From Eledone cirrhosa (taxonomy: Eukaryota): 39,704 bases of DNA. How positions within the stretch are numbered: position 1 is the stretch's first letter; the number at the start of each line of letters is the position of its first letter. The stretch lies in the NCBI GenBank assembly GCA_964016885.1, contig CAXHJY010000501.1, positions 1 to 39,704 of the forward strand, read 5' to 3'. Both the position numbers and the translations under genes were made by a program. Under the pieces are notes generated by a model, which saw only the letters and a program-made list of their open reading frames with translations, ran no database searches and had not been told where the DNA came from. Shown piece by piece: positions 14,401 through 32,102 of the stretch.

Positions 14401-15364
14401 ATATATACACACACAAATATACATACATACTTATATTCATACATGTATATATATTTATATATATATATATTTGTATCGTTATAATTTTCGAGTCATGCTA
14501 CTAATAAAAACACCTGTTGCATTTTACTTCAATTTATTATAAACTACTATGTATTTACTTTAATAACCAGATGGTTGTTTATTTGTTTGTTTCGAAAGCT
14601 CATTCTATGACCTCTTCAGTGACTAATTTGTTATTATGTGTCTCTCCTTTATTCTGTCCTACACCTGCTTGTAGGGGTTTTTTCTCAAAAGGATATGTTC
14701 TACTATTTGGAACTTTCATTTGAATACCTGGTTTTTCAACTATTCTAATATTTAATTTGAGTTTGTCTAGAGCCCATTTTTTTTATATTCTTGTTTTATG
14801 TTTGTACTTCTTGCTCTGTCGAGAGTATAATTCTTTATTCCACGTATTTATTTCCACACAAATATATTCCCTGTCACACAATTCACATATAATATCAAGC
14901 ATGTACAAAATGAGAGAAAATGAACATTATATCTAGAAGTAAGGACATTTTTAGAATATTTCTATGAAAATTAGCTTCCGACCTTATCCATATGCAAGAA
15001 AAGATAATGTACATGATTTTTGGCTTTTTTTCTATATAATTTCCATTTGTATATTTTGTTATTTTTGTCTTGTTTGAGCTATAATTTGCTGCCAACATGA
15101 TAAAGGCAAAAAAAAAAATGATAAATAATAAACAAAGTTTAAAACAATGAGAATATAATAAATAAAGATAAAATAATAGGAATAAGAGAAAAACAAACTA
15201 AGTTAATATCTACGCATGGCTAGACAAAATATTAGCCTGCTTATTATCTCCCTTTATTTATTGGACTGGCTACCACGTATGAATAATAATTAAGCTATTA
15301 ACACATTAGTCTTCTTTCTGGTGTATATGTGTTTGTGTATCTATAAATGCGTATATGTATGCAT

Positions 15365-16268
<904 letters not shown>

Positions 16269-16449
16269 TTTAGGTTTGTTGGTTAGAACTGGTCATTCCG
16301 TATGATCAACCTCGATGTAATATTATGGAGAGCTCTCGACGTAATGCAACTCATCCTTTTTCGTTTGTGTAGTTGGTGGTGCGAGTACGGAGTTAATTAT
16401 TATAAAATAACAGGAGGCTGGACTGGTGTAATTCCTTAAAAGGTTTATT

Positions 16450-16506
16450 ATACTATGAACATTTCAATAACCGGGTTCAGTTGAATCCGGTGACATTATC
16501 AGGTAT
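16450..16506 (-). ncRNA. Degenerate type I hammerhead ribozyme motif (G8A core change)
   Basis: Minus strand reads ATAC-CTGATAA-TGTCACCGGATTCAACTGAACCCGGTTATT-GAAA-TGTTCAT-A-GTAT, then AATAAA. Stems I, II and III can pair. Confidence 0.6.
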
Positions 16507-16621
16507 TCGAAATTTAACAAAGGAATATAATCCATGGGGCTGAAAAGGCAAAGAGATAAGAAGGCGGCCACACATTTAACATTTTCTAGCTCGGTCGGCC
16601 GACCGAACTAGAAACTGCTAA

Positions 16622-16705
<84 letters not shown>
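16622..16705. repeat. (TG)n microsatellite
   Basis: Direct inspection. Confidence 0.97.
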
Positions 16706-16706
<1 letters not shown>

Positions 16707-16707
<1 letters not shown>

Positions 16708-17322
16708 TATGTCAGGTCACCAGTTGGTGCTACTGGTAACATGTATCCCAGTACAACCTGTCTCATGGTCGGGTCGTTGGCAATTAAACTGGCAACCCCA
16801 CCAAGGTTTCTTGGTGAGGAGAGTGACTTTCGACATCCTGCAGGACTAAAAAAAAAACCTGTCAAAGGGCAAAGGAGCTCTTAAGAGACAATGACCATCC
16901 AAAATCACCGGGAGAAATGACCCCTTAGCCTTTGTCAAGGCAGAATTCTAGGAGAAGGAAAACTCTGATATAACACCTGCAACTCTGATGGTATCCAACT
17001 CTGATGGTATCCAATGTTCTTCTTTTTGGTAAATATCATCTTGGGTTAAGAGAGTGGGACTGCCTTTGTGCAGTGCCTTTGCTCACTATAAAAGCTTCAC
17101 GGCACAGGCATTGCTTTATATCTGGAGATCTCTCTGCACTTGTCGTCACATGGTACCATGGGCCCAGCACTATGTGTCAATAATTGTCACCAGTGTAGTG
17201 TTTGTACCAGAGTTTTAAAGTCGCTGGCTGGATAAAAAAGTCACACTCGTTCAGCGCATCGGTAGGGGTTCTCCTACATGGATATACAGTAGTAGCCGTA
17301 CTCGAAAACGAGTTGGCAGCCA

Positions 17323-17326
<4 letters not shown>
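16707..17326 (+). mobile_element. Repeat fragment resembling a LINE (RTE-type) 5' UTR; its 3' part is duplicated at 17880-18246
   Basis: The motif CTAGGAGAAGGAAAACTCTGA recalls RTE 5' UTRs (family call tentative). 16954-17326 is highly similar to 17880-18246. Confidence 0.5.
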
Positions 17327-17379
<53 letters not shown>

Positions 17380-17583
17380 CTTATTTATTTATTAAAGTAA
17401 CAGATTGAAGTTTAAGCAAAGAATCGCTGCTTTCACCCTTAACGGGATCTTCTGAAACTAAAGAAATTAATCTGTGAATGCAGAAGTAAATATTTCGAAA
17501 AACGTTGCAACCGGAGGGAGACAGAAAGACGATACTTTGGTTCGTAGAAACGTTCCATTAGTCTTCATATTTATTATTATTAC

Positions 17584-17636
<53 letters not shown>

Positions 17637-17734
17637 TATATGTATATATATGTACGTATATACATATACATACATACACACGTACAAACATACATATGTA
17701 CATATATACATACATACATACATACATACATACA

Positions 17735-17765
<31 letters not shown>

Positions 17766-17879
17766 TCATACATTCTTGCATGCATACATACACACAGTGT
17801 GTGTGTCTGTGCATGTGTGTATGTGTGTATGTATGTATGTATGTATGCTTGTATTGTATGTATATATGTACGTATGCTT

Positions 17880-18246
17880 GAAGGAAAACTCTGATATAAC
17901 ACCTGCAACCCTGATGGTATCCAATGATGTTGACTTGTTCTTCTTTTTGGTAAATATCATCTTGGTTAAGAAAGTGGGACTGGCTTTGTGCAGTGCCTTT
18001 GCTCACTATAAAAGCTTCACGGCACAGGCATTGCTTTATATCTGGAGATCTCTCTGCACTCTTCGTCACATGGTACCATGGGCCCAGCACTATGTGTAAA
18101 TAATTGTCACAAGTGTAGTGTTTGTACCATAGTTTTCAAGTCGCTGGCTGGATTAAAATGTTACACTTGTTCAGCGCATCGGCAGGGGTTCTCCTACATG
18201 GATATACAGTAGTGGCCGTACTCGAAAACGAGTTGGCAGCCACCAT
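17880..18246 (+). repeat. Direct repeat of 16954-17326
   Basis: GAAGGAAAACTCTGATATAACACCTGC ... GAGTTGGCAGCCACCAT is present in both copies. Confidence 0.92.
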
Positions 18247-18819
18247 GTACGTACGTATCTATGTATATATGTGTTTATGCATGTATATACCCATATAACT
18301 ATCAGCACTGCTGCAGTCCGTAGAGAGTATTTTTTCTCGTTTATTTGTACCCTTCTATACATAAACCAAACCGTTCATGTATCTCATCTTATCCTTGTTT
18401 CTTAGCTTTCATTCTCATTCAGTCAACCGTAATTAAAACCTTATACTTTTACGAATCTACCAAGGCTCATTCCTTCATAAACTTGTATTCATATATTCAT
18501 GTGACATCATAAAACACATGAATTATTAGGTGTCTTTCTAACCTTCATTTTCCCAGATCCTATATCTCTATCAATATGCCTGCTTTTTCGGGTCTTGCAT
18601 TATCGCATTAACTTAAGCATAGGAATTACTTCTATTCGTTTTGAACATAGATGGGCTTATTTTCAGAGTTGTACACTAAAATATTTTATTATATTTTATA
18701 ATTTAGAAAGGGTGGATGCATCAGAAAACGTAGACGAAGGTTTGTTATGCCTGATTAATAAAAGTGAGAATGTAATAATTAGAACGCATTTCACGATAGG
18801 TATGTTCGATCACAGCAGC

Positions 18820-19003
18820 AATAATTGTTTCTACTTTAGCCACAAGGCCAGCAATTACCCAGTGCGTTACTGGTACTTTATTTCATCGACCCCGTAAGGA
18901 TGAAAAGCAAAGTCAACCTCGGCGGGATTTGAACTCAGATCGTAAAGGGACATAACTATGCTGGAAAGCATAACGTCCGACCCTCTACCGATACTGCCAA
19001 TCC
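18820..19003 (-). mobile_element. tRNA-derived SINE copy (short variant)
   Basis: CACAAGGCCAGCAATTACCCAGTGCGTTACTGGTACTTTATTTCATCGACCCCGTAAGGATGAAAAGCAAAGTCAACCTCGGCGGGATTTGAACTCAG. Confidence 0.85.
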
Positions 19004-19312
19004 ACAGCAGCAATAATAATGTTTTGTTGCTGTTGATATAAAGAATGAAATGATTGGTAATTTTAAAGATAATCTGCAAACGAGGGTTAAAAGATATATG
19101 TATACTCCTAGATAAACTTTCTCGCAGACTCAGGGCTGCTAAATTGAGCCAGATAACGCATATTTAGGACAAAAAGTAGAAGATAAATATAGGAAATTAC
19201 ATGCGGGGACAGTCTGCTAATTTGGGGTTATATCGATAGCAGACGCGATCCGTCTGTTACCTTTTATTCTATGTTTGGGTTCAACCTAATCCTGTTACAT
19301 AATTCTGCAAAT

Positions 19313-19387
19313 AACGCCTGATGAAATCGCCTAGTCTTGCATCATAATCGGATGATAGCGCTAAGCCATCGAAATATGTATAGTGCT
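19313..19387 (+). ncRNA. Type I hammerhead-like motif with an extended, decayed stem II
   Basis: CTGATGA (19318-19324), stem II with an inner ATCAT/ATGAT helix, GAAA (19371-19374), stem III ATA-TG-TAT-A, and a weak stem I. A (TA)n tract begins ~55 bp downstream. Confidence 0.55.
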
Positions 19388-19439
19388 TTCGCGGAATTAA
19401 AATTCTGAAGTAAATTTTCCTGTCCGTCTTTCTGTTGAC

Positions 19440-19546
<107 letters not shown>

Positions 19547-19558
19547 CAATATATATAT

Positions 19559-20463
19559 ACATTTCAACCAGGTTTGATGGTCTTTATTCTCTCTCGTTCA
19601 CGATTTCACCGAACTTATATTCATGGAAATTTTTGGACTTGACTCGCTCTTCCTCACTTTTCGTTGCTTCACCATCTTTGTTTGTTTACACTCTCGCTGT
19701 TCCCGTTATTTACATGTCCCAACGACTTTTTTTAGCCGTTGCTCGCACCAACCGGAGGTATATGGTCTTTAAAGCGAAGAAATACCGATGATGGTTGGAA
19801 GATCACTGATGAAGGACCACTTTATTCATATGTAACCCATTTGCAACTCCGCAGCACGTTTATTCTCATATTTACACATATTTTTTTCTCCCGCTGTGAC
19901 CTGTCTATTTCGTTCTTACTGCTTCCTCTTTCTCTGTATCTTTACCCTCTCTAACAGTCACTCTCTCTTTTAGCCTCTTCCTCACCCTTCACTCACTCAC
20001 TCTCTGTTACTACCTCTCCTCCTCCTCCTTCTTCCCGTTTGACCTGTGCGTAATTCTTTTCTTTCGCACGCTTGGCCAGGCCGGTCGGCATTTTTTCTCT
20101 CTCTCGTCTACGATTTCACAGAACTTATGTTTACCGAATTCGCAGACCAGACCCCTTCTTCCTCCCGTTAGACCTGTGCGAAATTCCTTCCTTGCTCACA
20201 TTTCAACCAGGTTTGATGGTCTTTATTCTCTCTCGTTCACGATTTCACCGAACTTATATTCATGGAAATTTTTGGACTTGACTCGCTCTTCCTCACTTTT
20301 CGTTGCTTCACCATCTTTGTTTGTTTACACTCTCGCTGTTCCCTTTATTTACATGTCCTAACGACTTTCTTTAGCCGTTGCTCGCACCAACCGGAGGTAT
20401 ATGGTCTTTAAAGCGAAGAAATACCGATGATGGTTGGAAGATCACTGATGAAGAACCACTTTA

Positions 20464-20470
<7 letters not shown>
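19559..20470 (+). mobile_element. Non-autonomous element with 273-bp direct terminal repeats (19559-19831 / 20198-20470), embedded in (TA)n
   Basis: Near-identical direct repeats at a 639-bp period, a pyrimidine-rich interior, no credible ORF, and (TA)n on both sides. Confidence 0.8.
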
Positions 20471-20519
<49 letters not shown>

Positions 20520-20590
20520 GGGGGGGGTGTATATACATCATGGTTAATATTGCAGAATGACAAATTCTACCCAGTGGTAACATTTAATCG

Positions 20591-20621
<31 letters not shown>

Positions 20622-21424
20622 GGGAGGATGTATGTATATATATATTTCGCTTTTGTTTATCTTGTTTATGTTTTCCAAGGTTCACGAAGTCAAATCATGT
20701 GTTGGGACACCTATTGTTATATAATGGGATGACTATGTTACTAACAAAAACACAAGCACCAATTATCTTTCATTTTGATTTTAACATTAATCAGGTATAT
20801 AATCCATTCTTCGTTTTGTTTAGTAATCGAATGTTAATATAATCGTCAAAGATCTTTCGTCACGTATTCTGTGGCATTCTCAATGACGATTCTTTCTCCT
20901 ATGTGTCTCTTTTTCATTTTGATTTTATTCCATCTTTTCTTTCTTTGGTGTATGCGTGTGATATATGCATGTGCATGTGTGTGTCCCTAATTTTCTTATG
21001 TCAACAAATAAGAAAATATATTTAGAAGATGTAGTTTATACCCTAGCTTAATATATCTAAAGAATTAATGGTTTTGCTGGAGTATATCGTAGACTTGTTT
21101 AGATTAAGTAGGTTATATTTGAAGATATTGAAGATATGGTTATTTCCTGGATGTTAATCTCTTTTGTTGTTTTGCTGTTTCCTTTATTGTAGAAGCAAAT
21201 CTTCGATTTCATATGTTTTATCACTTATCCAGTTTCTTTGATGAGTGTTTTAACAGAGATGTTCAGTACTATAGTTTTAATAGAGTTTTTCCGGATGACG
21301 CTTAGCAAATATTTCACTGAGATATTCACAGTACTATTGTATTCGTTATTTGTACTCTAAGAGGGTGATGCATTGGCTGAACTATTATGAATGTCAGATA
21401 AATTAAAGATATTTATTCCGGATC

Positions 21425-21580
21425 TTAAGGTTCGGAGTTCAAGCCATGCCAAAGTCCACTTACTTTTTTAATGCAAAAAAAAAAAAAAAAAATCGATGAA
21501 ATCGATAATTACTGGGGTTGATATAATCAAAAATATCCCCACCCCATACCAAGTTTTGCGTCTCTATTAGAAATTATTAA
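21425..21580 (+). mobile_element. Degenerate SINE copy (plus strand)
   Basis: B-box-like GAGTTCAAGCC followed by ACTGGGGTTGATATAATC...TTAGAAATTATTA, the reverse complement of the common SINE. Confidence 0.5.
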
Positions 21581-22089
21581 CTGTACTCCATGGTTATGTA
21601 CAACGTTTATTGCAATGCTGAAGACATTAAAATAAATATAATATTGCTTTTGTTTAGTCTATTGAAAACACAATCACTTTTATATGAGAAATCTTTAAAA
21701 TAAGGTGCTGCAGTGAAGTCATAAGGCATAATTGTGACGTCGTTAGTGTCAGATTAGAATACCACAACCCATTTATTCAGACTGCGCTGTGAAACTGATT
21801 TAATTCAACCAGAGTAAACTTTTCTTTTCATCAATTCAGAGCGGACACAGGTCCAGAGCGACTGATTAGCCAAATTGATAGGACGTCGGGTGAAGTGTCG
21901 TGTGGTCTCAGTTTTAGTTATATATATTGTTTTCAAATTGTGCATCTCAAGACCAGTGACCCGTAACTGAAATGAAACAATGCGCTGTCTAGAGCAGTAT
22001 CTCAGCCGTGTCAATATGACGTGCAAAAGCCATATAAAGAAATATACAACATTAGAACAGAACAGAATCGGAAGTATGTCGAATATATT

Positions 22090-22302
22090 GGTTTCCAATA
22101 TAAGGCACAAAGTCTGAAAATTTGAAGGGAAAGGTTGATTAAATTAGCCTCAATACTTGACTGGTACTTTATTTTACTGGCCCCGGAAAGATAGAAGGCA
22201 AAGTTTATCTCGGCGGGATTTGAAATCAAGCTGTCAAGAAGGAGAACGAAGACTGCAATTGCATTTTATCGGACACTCTACTAATTCTGGCAATCCACAA
22301 CC
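22090..22302 (-). mobile_element. tRNA-derived SINE copy
   Basis: AGGCACAAAGTCTGAAAATTTG...ACTGGTACTTTATTTTACTGGCCCCGGAAAGATAGAAGGCAAAGTTTATCTCGGCGGGATTTGAA. Confidence 0.75.
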
Positions 22303-22519
22303 TTAAGTACTTGATAAGGGGATGTTTCACACCCTTGTCCTAAGGGAAGATTAAACACCCTCCTAGCAAGCCTACCGAACACTCGTTAATACTGCTCTGA
22401 CAGTGTTGTTTACAGTTATAACTTTTATAATATGATTGGAGATATTTACATCTAGTAGAGTTGGCTAGTTTTGGGACTACTAAAGGATTTGCTGGTAGAC
22501 ATATTATAGAATGAAATGG

Positions 22520-22835
22520 ACTTCCATCAGGTAATTGCTAATGTTGTTCAATCAGCGGAATAGAATCCTCATGAAATTAACGTGTAATTGGTTGGGTATT
22601 ACATTTACAAGTGTAATATTAAAATAAATCTCTGGGAGATTCAGAAAGACAGGGTATCTGTCATGGCTGGCTCTTTGAATTACAGGTACAGCTAATTTTC
22701 TTTGCAGCTGAGAAAGACTGAAGCAACGCAAAAGGAAATGTCTTGTTCAAGGAAACAATGCATGGCCATGAATGAAACTTATGACCTCACGATTGTAAGC
22801 CAAAGAGACTAACTCCTAACCCACGTGTCTTCACA
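22520..22835 (-). mobile_element. Degenerate CORE-type tRNA SINE
   Basis: The minus strand has a CORE-like TGTTTCCTTGAACAAGACATTT after a tRNA-like head. The downstream part resembles the 24250 element. Confidence 0.5.
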
Positions 22836-23634
22836 TTCATACTAGCATATATCGACATTCACACTCACACGCACACATACTCAATCATACATAAAAACCC
22901 TCATACACATAAACATCCTCATATACATAGCCTCATAAACACACATGACTATATAACTATATTCACACAACTATACATCAACATACACACATAAATTGAC
23001 CAGGACATACAAACAAAAGATGTTTATGATAAACTATTTGCAACGTTTCTATGAACATTATTATTAAAGCTGCTTTCAGATCTAAATTAGATTATTAAAG
23101 CTGACGTAGACGACTGAAGAACTTGAATACTCTTTATGAAGACAAAATCATTATGAAGCTGTTGTGACCATAAATGTACTTTCCTTTTCCATAAGTAATT
23201 TACTTCTAAGTCGGCCTTTCATCTAGAACACTAAACAGAAAAGATATAAAACCTACCTAGTTTGTAGTGATATATATAACATATATGTATATATTATATA
23301 TATATATGTGTGTGTGTGTATGTGTGTGTGTGAGAGAGAGAGTGTGTGAGTGTGTGTGTGTGTGCGTGTGTATATATGTATGTACCCAACCCCACAGACA
23401 CATACACACATTCACATATATAAAACAACCCACACACACATGAATTATAATTTGTGCTTAATATATATATATGTGTGCATATGTATCTATGTGCGTGTAT
23501 AAATGTATATATATATATATATATATATATGGAGGGTCGTATATACGTGTGTAATACACATTATATATATTGATCCTGACTATCGAGTACCCTATATAGG
23601 ATCTGTGACACGTAAGGGGGTAGAATTCAGTTGA

Positions 23635-23792
23635 TGTTGTTGTTTTCGCTGTTGGTGATGTGGCTGTAATCGTCATTTAAGCTGTTTCTTTTGTTGTTGT
23701 TGTTGTTACTGGTGTTGTTATTGCTGTTGTTGTTGTTGTTGTTGTCCTCCTCGTCGTCATCGTTGCTGTTTCTGTTATTACTGTTGTTGTTT
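23635..23792. repeat. (GTT)n-rich trinucleotide low-complexity tract
   Basis: Direct inspection. Confidence 0.85.
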
Positions 23793-24249
23793 ATCCTCAT
23801 ACCTGTCAAATCTCCCCGTCAGACTGGAAGATCTCCCATCCACTTTGGGGTGGGTGAGAGATGTCTTCTCTTGTAAAAATGGGTATAGCTTTCATTGTGA
23901 AAAACCTCCCAATTTTTTCCTCATTTTGGGGCACTTTTTTTATGGTACTCCTCGTTTCGATTTTTAGAGGCGGCAGGTATGTTTTCCCTAAGTCACTTCT
24001 AGCTGAACAGACCTGATAATTCCAGCCACATCACTGACCATCCTATCCATCTTACATATAGGGCATAGTTTATCTTGGACTACATCATTTATAATATCAC
24101 CTCTTTTTCTGATAGTGGGATGTGATTTGAGTGAAATTAGGCTGATGGTTTTAACAAGGACAACGAAACTGCATATAAGTTCCCTCATATTGGATCGCAG
24201 TGTTACAGTTGTTGTTAGGTGCTTAGTAAACTCTATACGATTTGGACAC

Positions 24250-24560
24250 AGCATGGCTGAATGGTTAAGAGGTTTGATTCGCTATCATTAGTTCTCAGGT
24301 TCAAACCTGCTGCAAGGCATCTTTAACTAGTGGCATTTGCTATAACCTGTCGTCGATCGCTATTTCGTTAATGAAATTTTGTACACCGATACTGCTTAGA
24401 AGCCCGTCGGATGGACAGTACCCGTAATTCAATGGGCTAGTCTCATCACACACCGTGCCACAATGAATTCCTTTGAGAATTACGTAAAGTAGACGTGAAT
24501 TTTATGAGCAAATCTTTCCGTTTATTGAATTATAGAGAACGACGGAGGTCGTATATGATG
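24250..24560 (+). mobile_element. Degenerate tRNA-derived SINE
   Basis: A-box-like TGGCTGAATGGTTAAG and B-box GGTTCAAACC at tRNA spacing. Confidence 0.55.
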
Positions 24561-24880
24561 AAATGAATTCAGCTGAAATTGTTTTCCTTTCTAATATTTA
24601 TAGAAGAGTGTATCTGGACTTATGTTATATGATGTATTCATTTCTCTTCAAAGTCTGTTGAGGATGGAATGAGTAGATTAACAGTTGAAAATACTGGTTC
24701 CCAATGTGAGCGTTATTGGGTCCCTAGAGATAGTAAAGAAACCGGAAGGGAATACTGGGAGGAGGTAAGCATAGAATACAAAGAAACTGGTATGGGGGTC
24801 AACGAAGTGTTCACTTCGTAATCATGTAGTTCTAGTGCATACTAATACCTTGAGAGTGGAATTTGGTAGACGAAAGCTAA

Positions 24881-24969
<89 letters not shown>

Positions 24970-24973
<4 letters not shown>

Positions 24974-25440
24974 TCTTAGTCTTAGATTCTTCCGGGCCGT
25001 TCGGCGCATCGAGCAGTGAGTACTCGTCAACGGTCACGAGCAGCGGCAACTTTTTCGAGACCGTGCCAGGTGATGTCGGCTGCCATCAGGTCCTTCCGGA
25101 ACGTTCGTCGCCAGGTGATCCTTGGGCAACACCGCCTCCGTTTACCGCCAGGCGGAGTCCAGTTCATCGGTGTTTTCAAATGCCGTTCATTTGGCAGACG
25201 CAGAATGTGGCCAGCCAGACAGTACCGACGCTCCGTGACCACTCTTTGTAGCGTCCACAACTCGGCTCTCCGCAGGATCTCCTCGTTTCGCAATCGGTCG
25301 CGCTAGAACACACGAAAGATCTTTCGCAGGCACCGCTGGTGGAAAGCGTTCAGCCGTCTCACTATTTTTGCCGTACTCTTCCAGGTCTCGCTCGCATGAA
25401 GCACTGTCGGCAGCACGATGCTCTTGTACAGGCGTTCTGC
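24970..25440 (-). mobile_element. 3' fragment of an RTE-clade LINE (pseudogenised RT thumb / C-terminus)
   Basis: Reads LYKSIVLPTVLHASETW...FHQRCLRKI..RNEEILRR...AGHILRL...WTPPGGKRRR..PRITWRRT with internal stops, and ends in a (TAAGAC)n tandem tail at ~24970-24986. Confidence 0.88.
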
Positions 25441-25708
25441 ACTGTGCTGCTGCGTCGACTCCGGCTGGGTGTCGACTCTGTTCTCCGGGAGGATATATAT
25501 ATATATTCGGATCTAGCTCTCGAAACGCCCGGAGCTCAGCCGTCGGGGTCCTGAATCTCTTCCCTATATATATATATAATGAAATACTGTTGGCTTCTTG
25601 CTCACAATAATTTTTATACTTTTCATTTATATATATATATATATATATATATAAATGTGAGAAAAACCACAGATGTGAGAAAAACCACAGACCCTCCATC
25701 TCAACTCA

Positions 25709-25746
25709 CCTTTTGAAAAGCAGAAGAACTGCGAAACCGGTAAAGG
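25709..25746 (+). ncRNA. Minimal type I hammerhead ribozyme, U3-A8 core variant
   Basis: CCTT-TTGAAAA-GCAG(AAGAA)CTGC-GAAA-CCGGT-A-AAGG: perfect stems I and II, palindromic stem III ACCGGT, GUA cleavage triplet. Confidence 0.7.
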
Positions 25747-25869
25747 AACCAAATAAATATATATATTTTTTTTTTAAATAAGACTCCAGTTACATTTTCG
25801 CTTTCATCTTTTTTTCTTTATACTTTCACTCGGTTATTTTTCAATTTGTAAAAAAAACCTCACTTTCTA

Positions 25870-29268
<3,399 letters not shown>

Positions 29269-30027
29269 TTGGAAAAGAGGATGCTCTGAAACTCCCGTAC
29301 TCCTTTCCCTCCGGGGAAACTCTCGTGGCATCTAACAACATCAGAGACTTGGGAGTAACCTTGGACAGCAACATAAGCTGGACCACGCATATAAGCACCA
29401 TTATCCTTCTCTTCTCTACTTTTGCCCGACCACACCTTGAATACTGTTGTCCACTGTGGTCTCCCCACACGAAACAAAGTATCATGAAACTTGAAGCTCC
29501 TCAAAGGGCAATCACGAAAAAGATAGATGGCATGTCAGACCTTGACTACTGGGGTCGATTAGAAAACCTAAAACTTTACTCACTCCAACGTCGCCGTGAG
29601 CGTTATATTATCTGCATGATGTGGAAAATGTTCCGTCATCACTGCCCAAATGATGTTGGCATCGCCTTCAAGATACAGCCAAGGCTTGGGCCCCGTGCTA
29701 TCCGTCCCATTCAAAAATCTAAATCTCAACTCATAACAACAATACGGCACAATTATTTCACCTCAATCGGCCCTGCTCTCTTCAACATCACACCAGGACA
29801 CGGCAAAACAGAAACTGACCGCACAAAATTCAAGAAGTCTTTGGACAAATTCCTCCAAGTAATCCCGGACAAACCACCCACACCCGGATACGTCTCCGCA
29901 AACAGTAATTCTCTTCTCGAATGGGCCATGGTGACCAAATCCTGAATTGAAAGACTTCGCCAGGTGGTGCTATTAAGTTAGACATGGCCTGGGCCAATAC
30001 TGGCCAAAACATTTCAAAGTCAAAGTT
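29269..30027 (+). mobile_element. CR1-group LINE 3' fragment, copy A (69-bp internal deletion)
   Basis: [47 protein letters not shown]; stop at 29943-29945, short 3' UTR, (TCAAAG)2 tail. Confidence 0.9.
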
Positions 30028-31652
<1,625 letters not shown>

Positions 31653-32018
31653 TATTTTGAAACTTTTTCATTATTTACTAAACCTTGTTTATATTTGTTC
31701 TGGCTCGTTAATTTATTAACCCGCCATTGAACCACACTGGCACTTGGTTGGACAATACATGCGTACCTTAGCGCCTTGTGCGTGAAAGGACGTATTTCAT
31801 ATTACTACTACCTCCACAAACGTTGAGAACAAACCGGGTCATTCCGACTGCTGCTGATAACAGCGGTGGCTAGTTTGACCTACCTCCTTTTGCCTCTATC
31901 TTTACTACGGCCCTTGATAAACCTGTTCTACATCATCCACTCTCATCCCAGGAACAGTCTTTGATAGCGCTAGTTTGTGATTTAAATTCAGGAATTTTAT
32001 ATTCTTTGAATGAAAAGA

Positions 32019-32102
32019 ACCTTCTGACGAGAATCTCTCTTTGCAACGAAGGCCGTATGGCCTACGTTTTATTTTTGGGATTCGAAACCGATCGGTAAAG
32101 GT
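32019..32102 (+). ncRNA. Type I hammerhead ribozyme (intact core)
   Basis: Stem I ACCTT/AAGGT; CTGACGA 32024-32030; stem II GAATCTC/GGGATTC with an inner AGGCC-GTAT-GGCCT hairpin; GAAA 32084-32087; palindromic stem III ACCGATCGGT; predicted cleavage after GUA at 32097. Confidence 0.9.

Noticed and set aside
23830-24254. 88-aa minus-strand ORF and a KAIPIF LINE-like peptide
   Set aside because: Only a few residues resemble a LINE motif; insufficient support.
25455-25540. CTCCGG...CGAAACGCCCGGAG partial hammerhead-like arrangement
   Set aside because: There is no CUGANGA core and no valid UH cleavage site; it is too rearranged to call.
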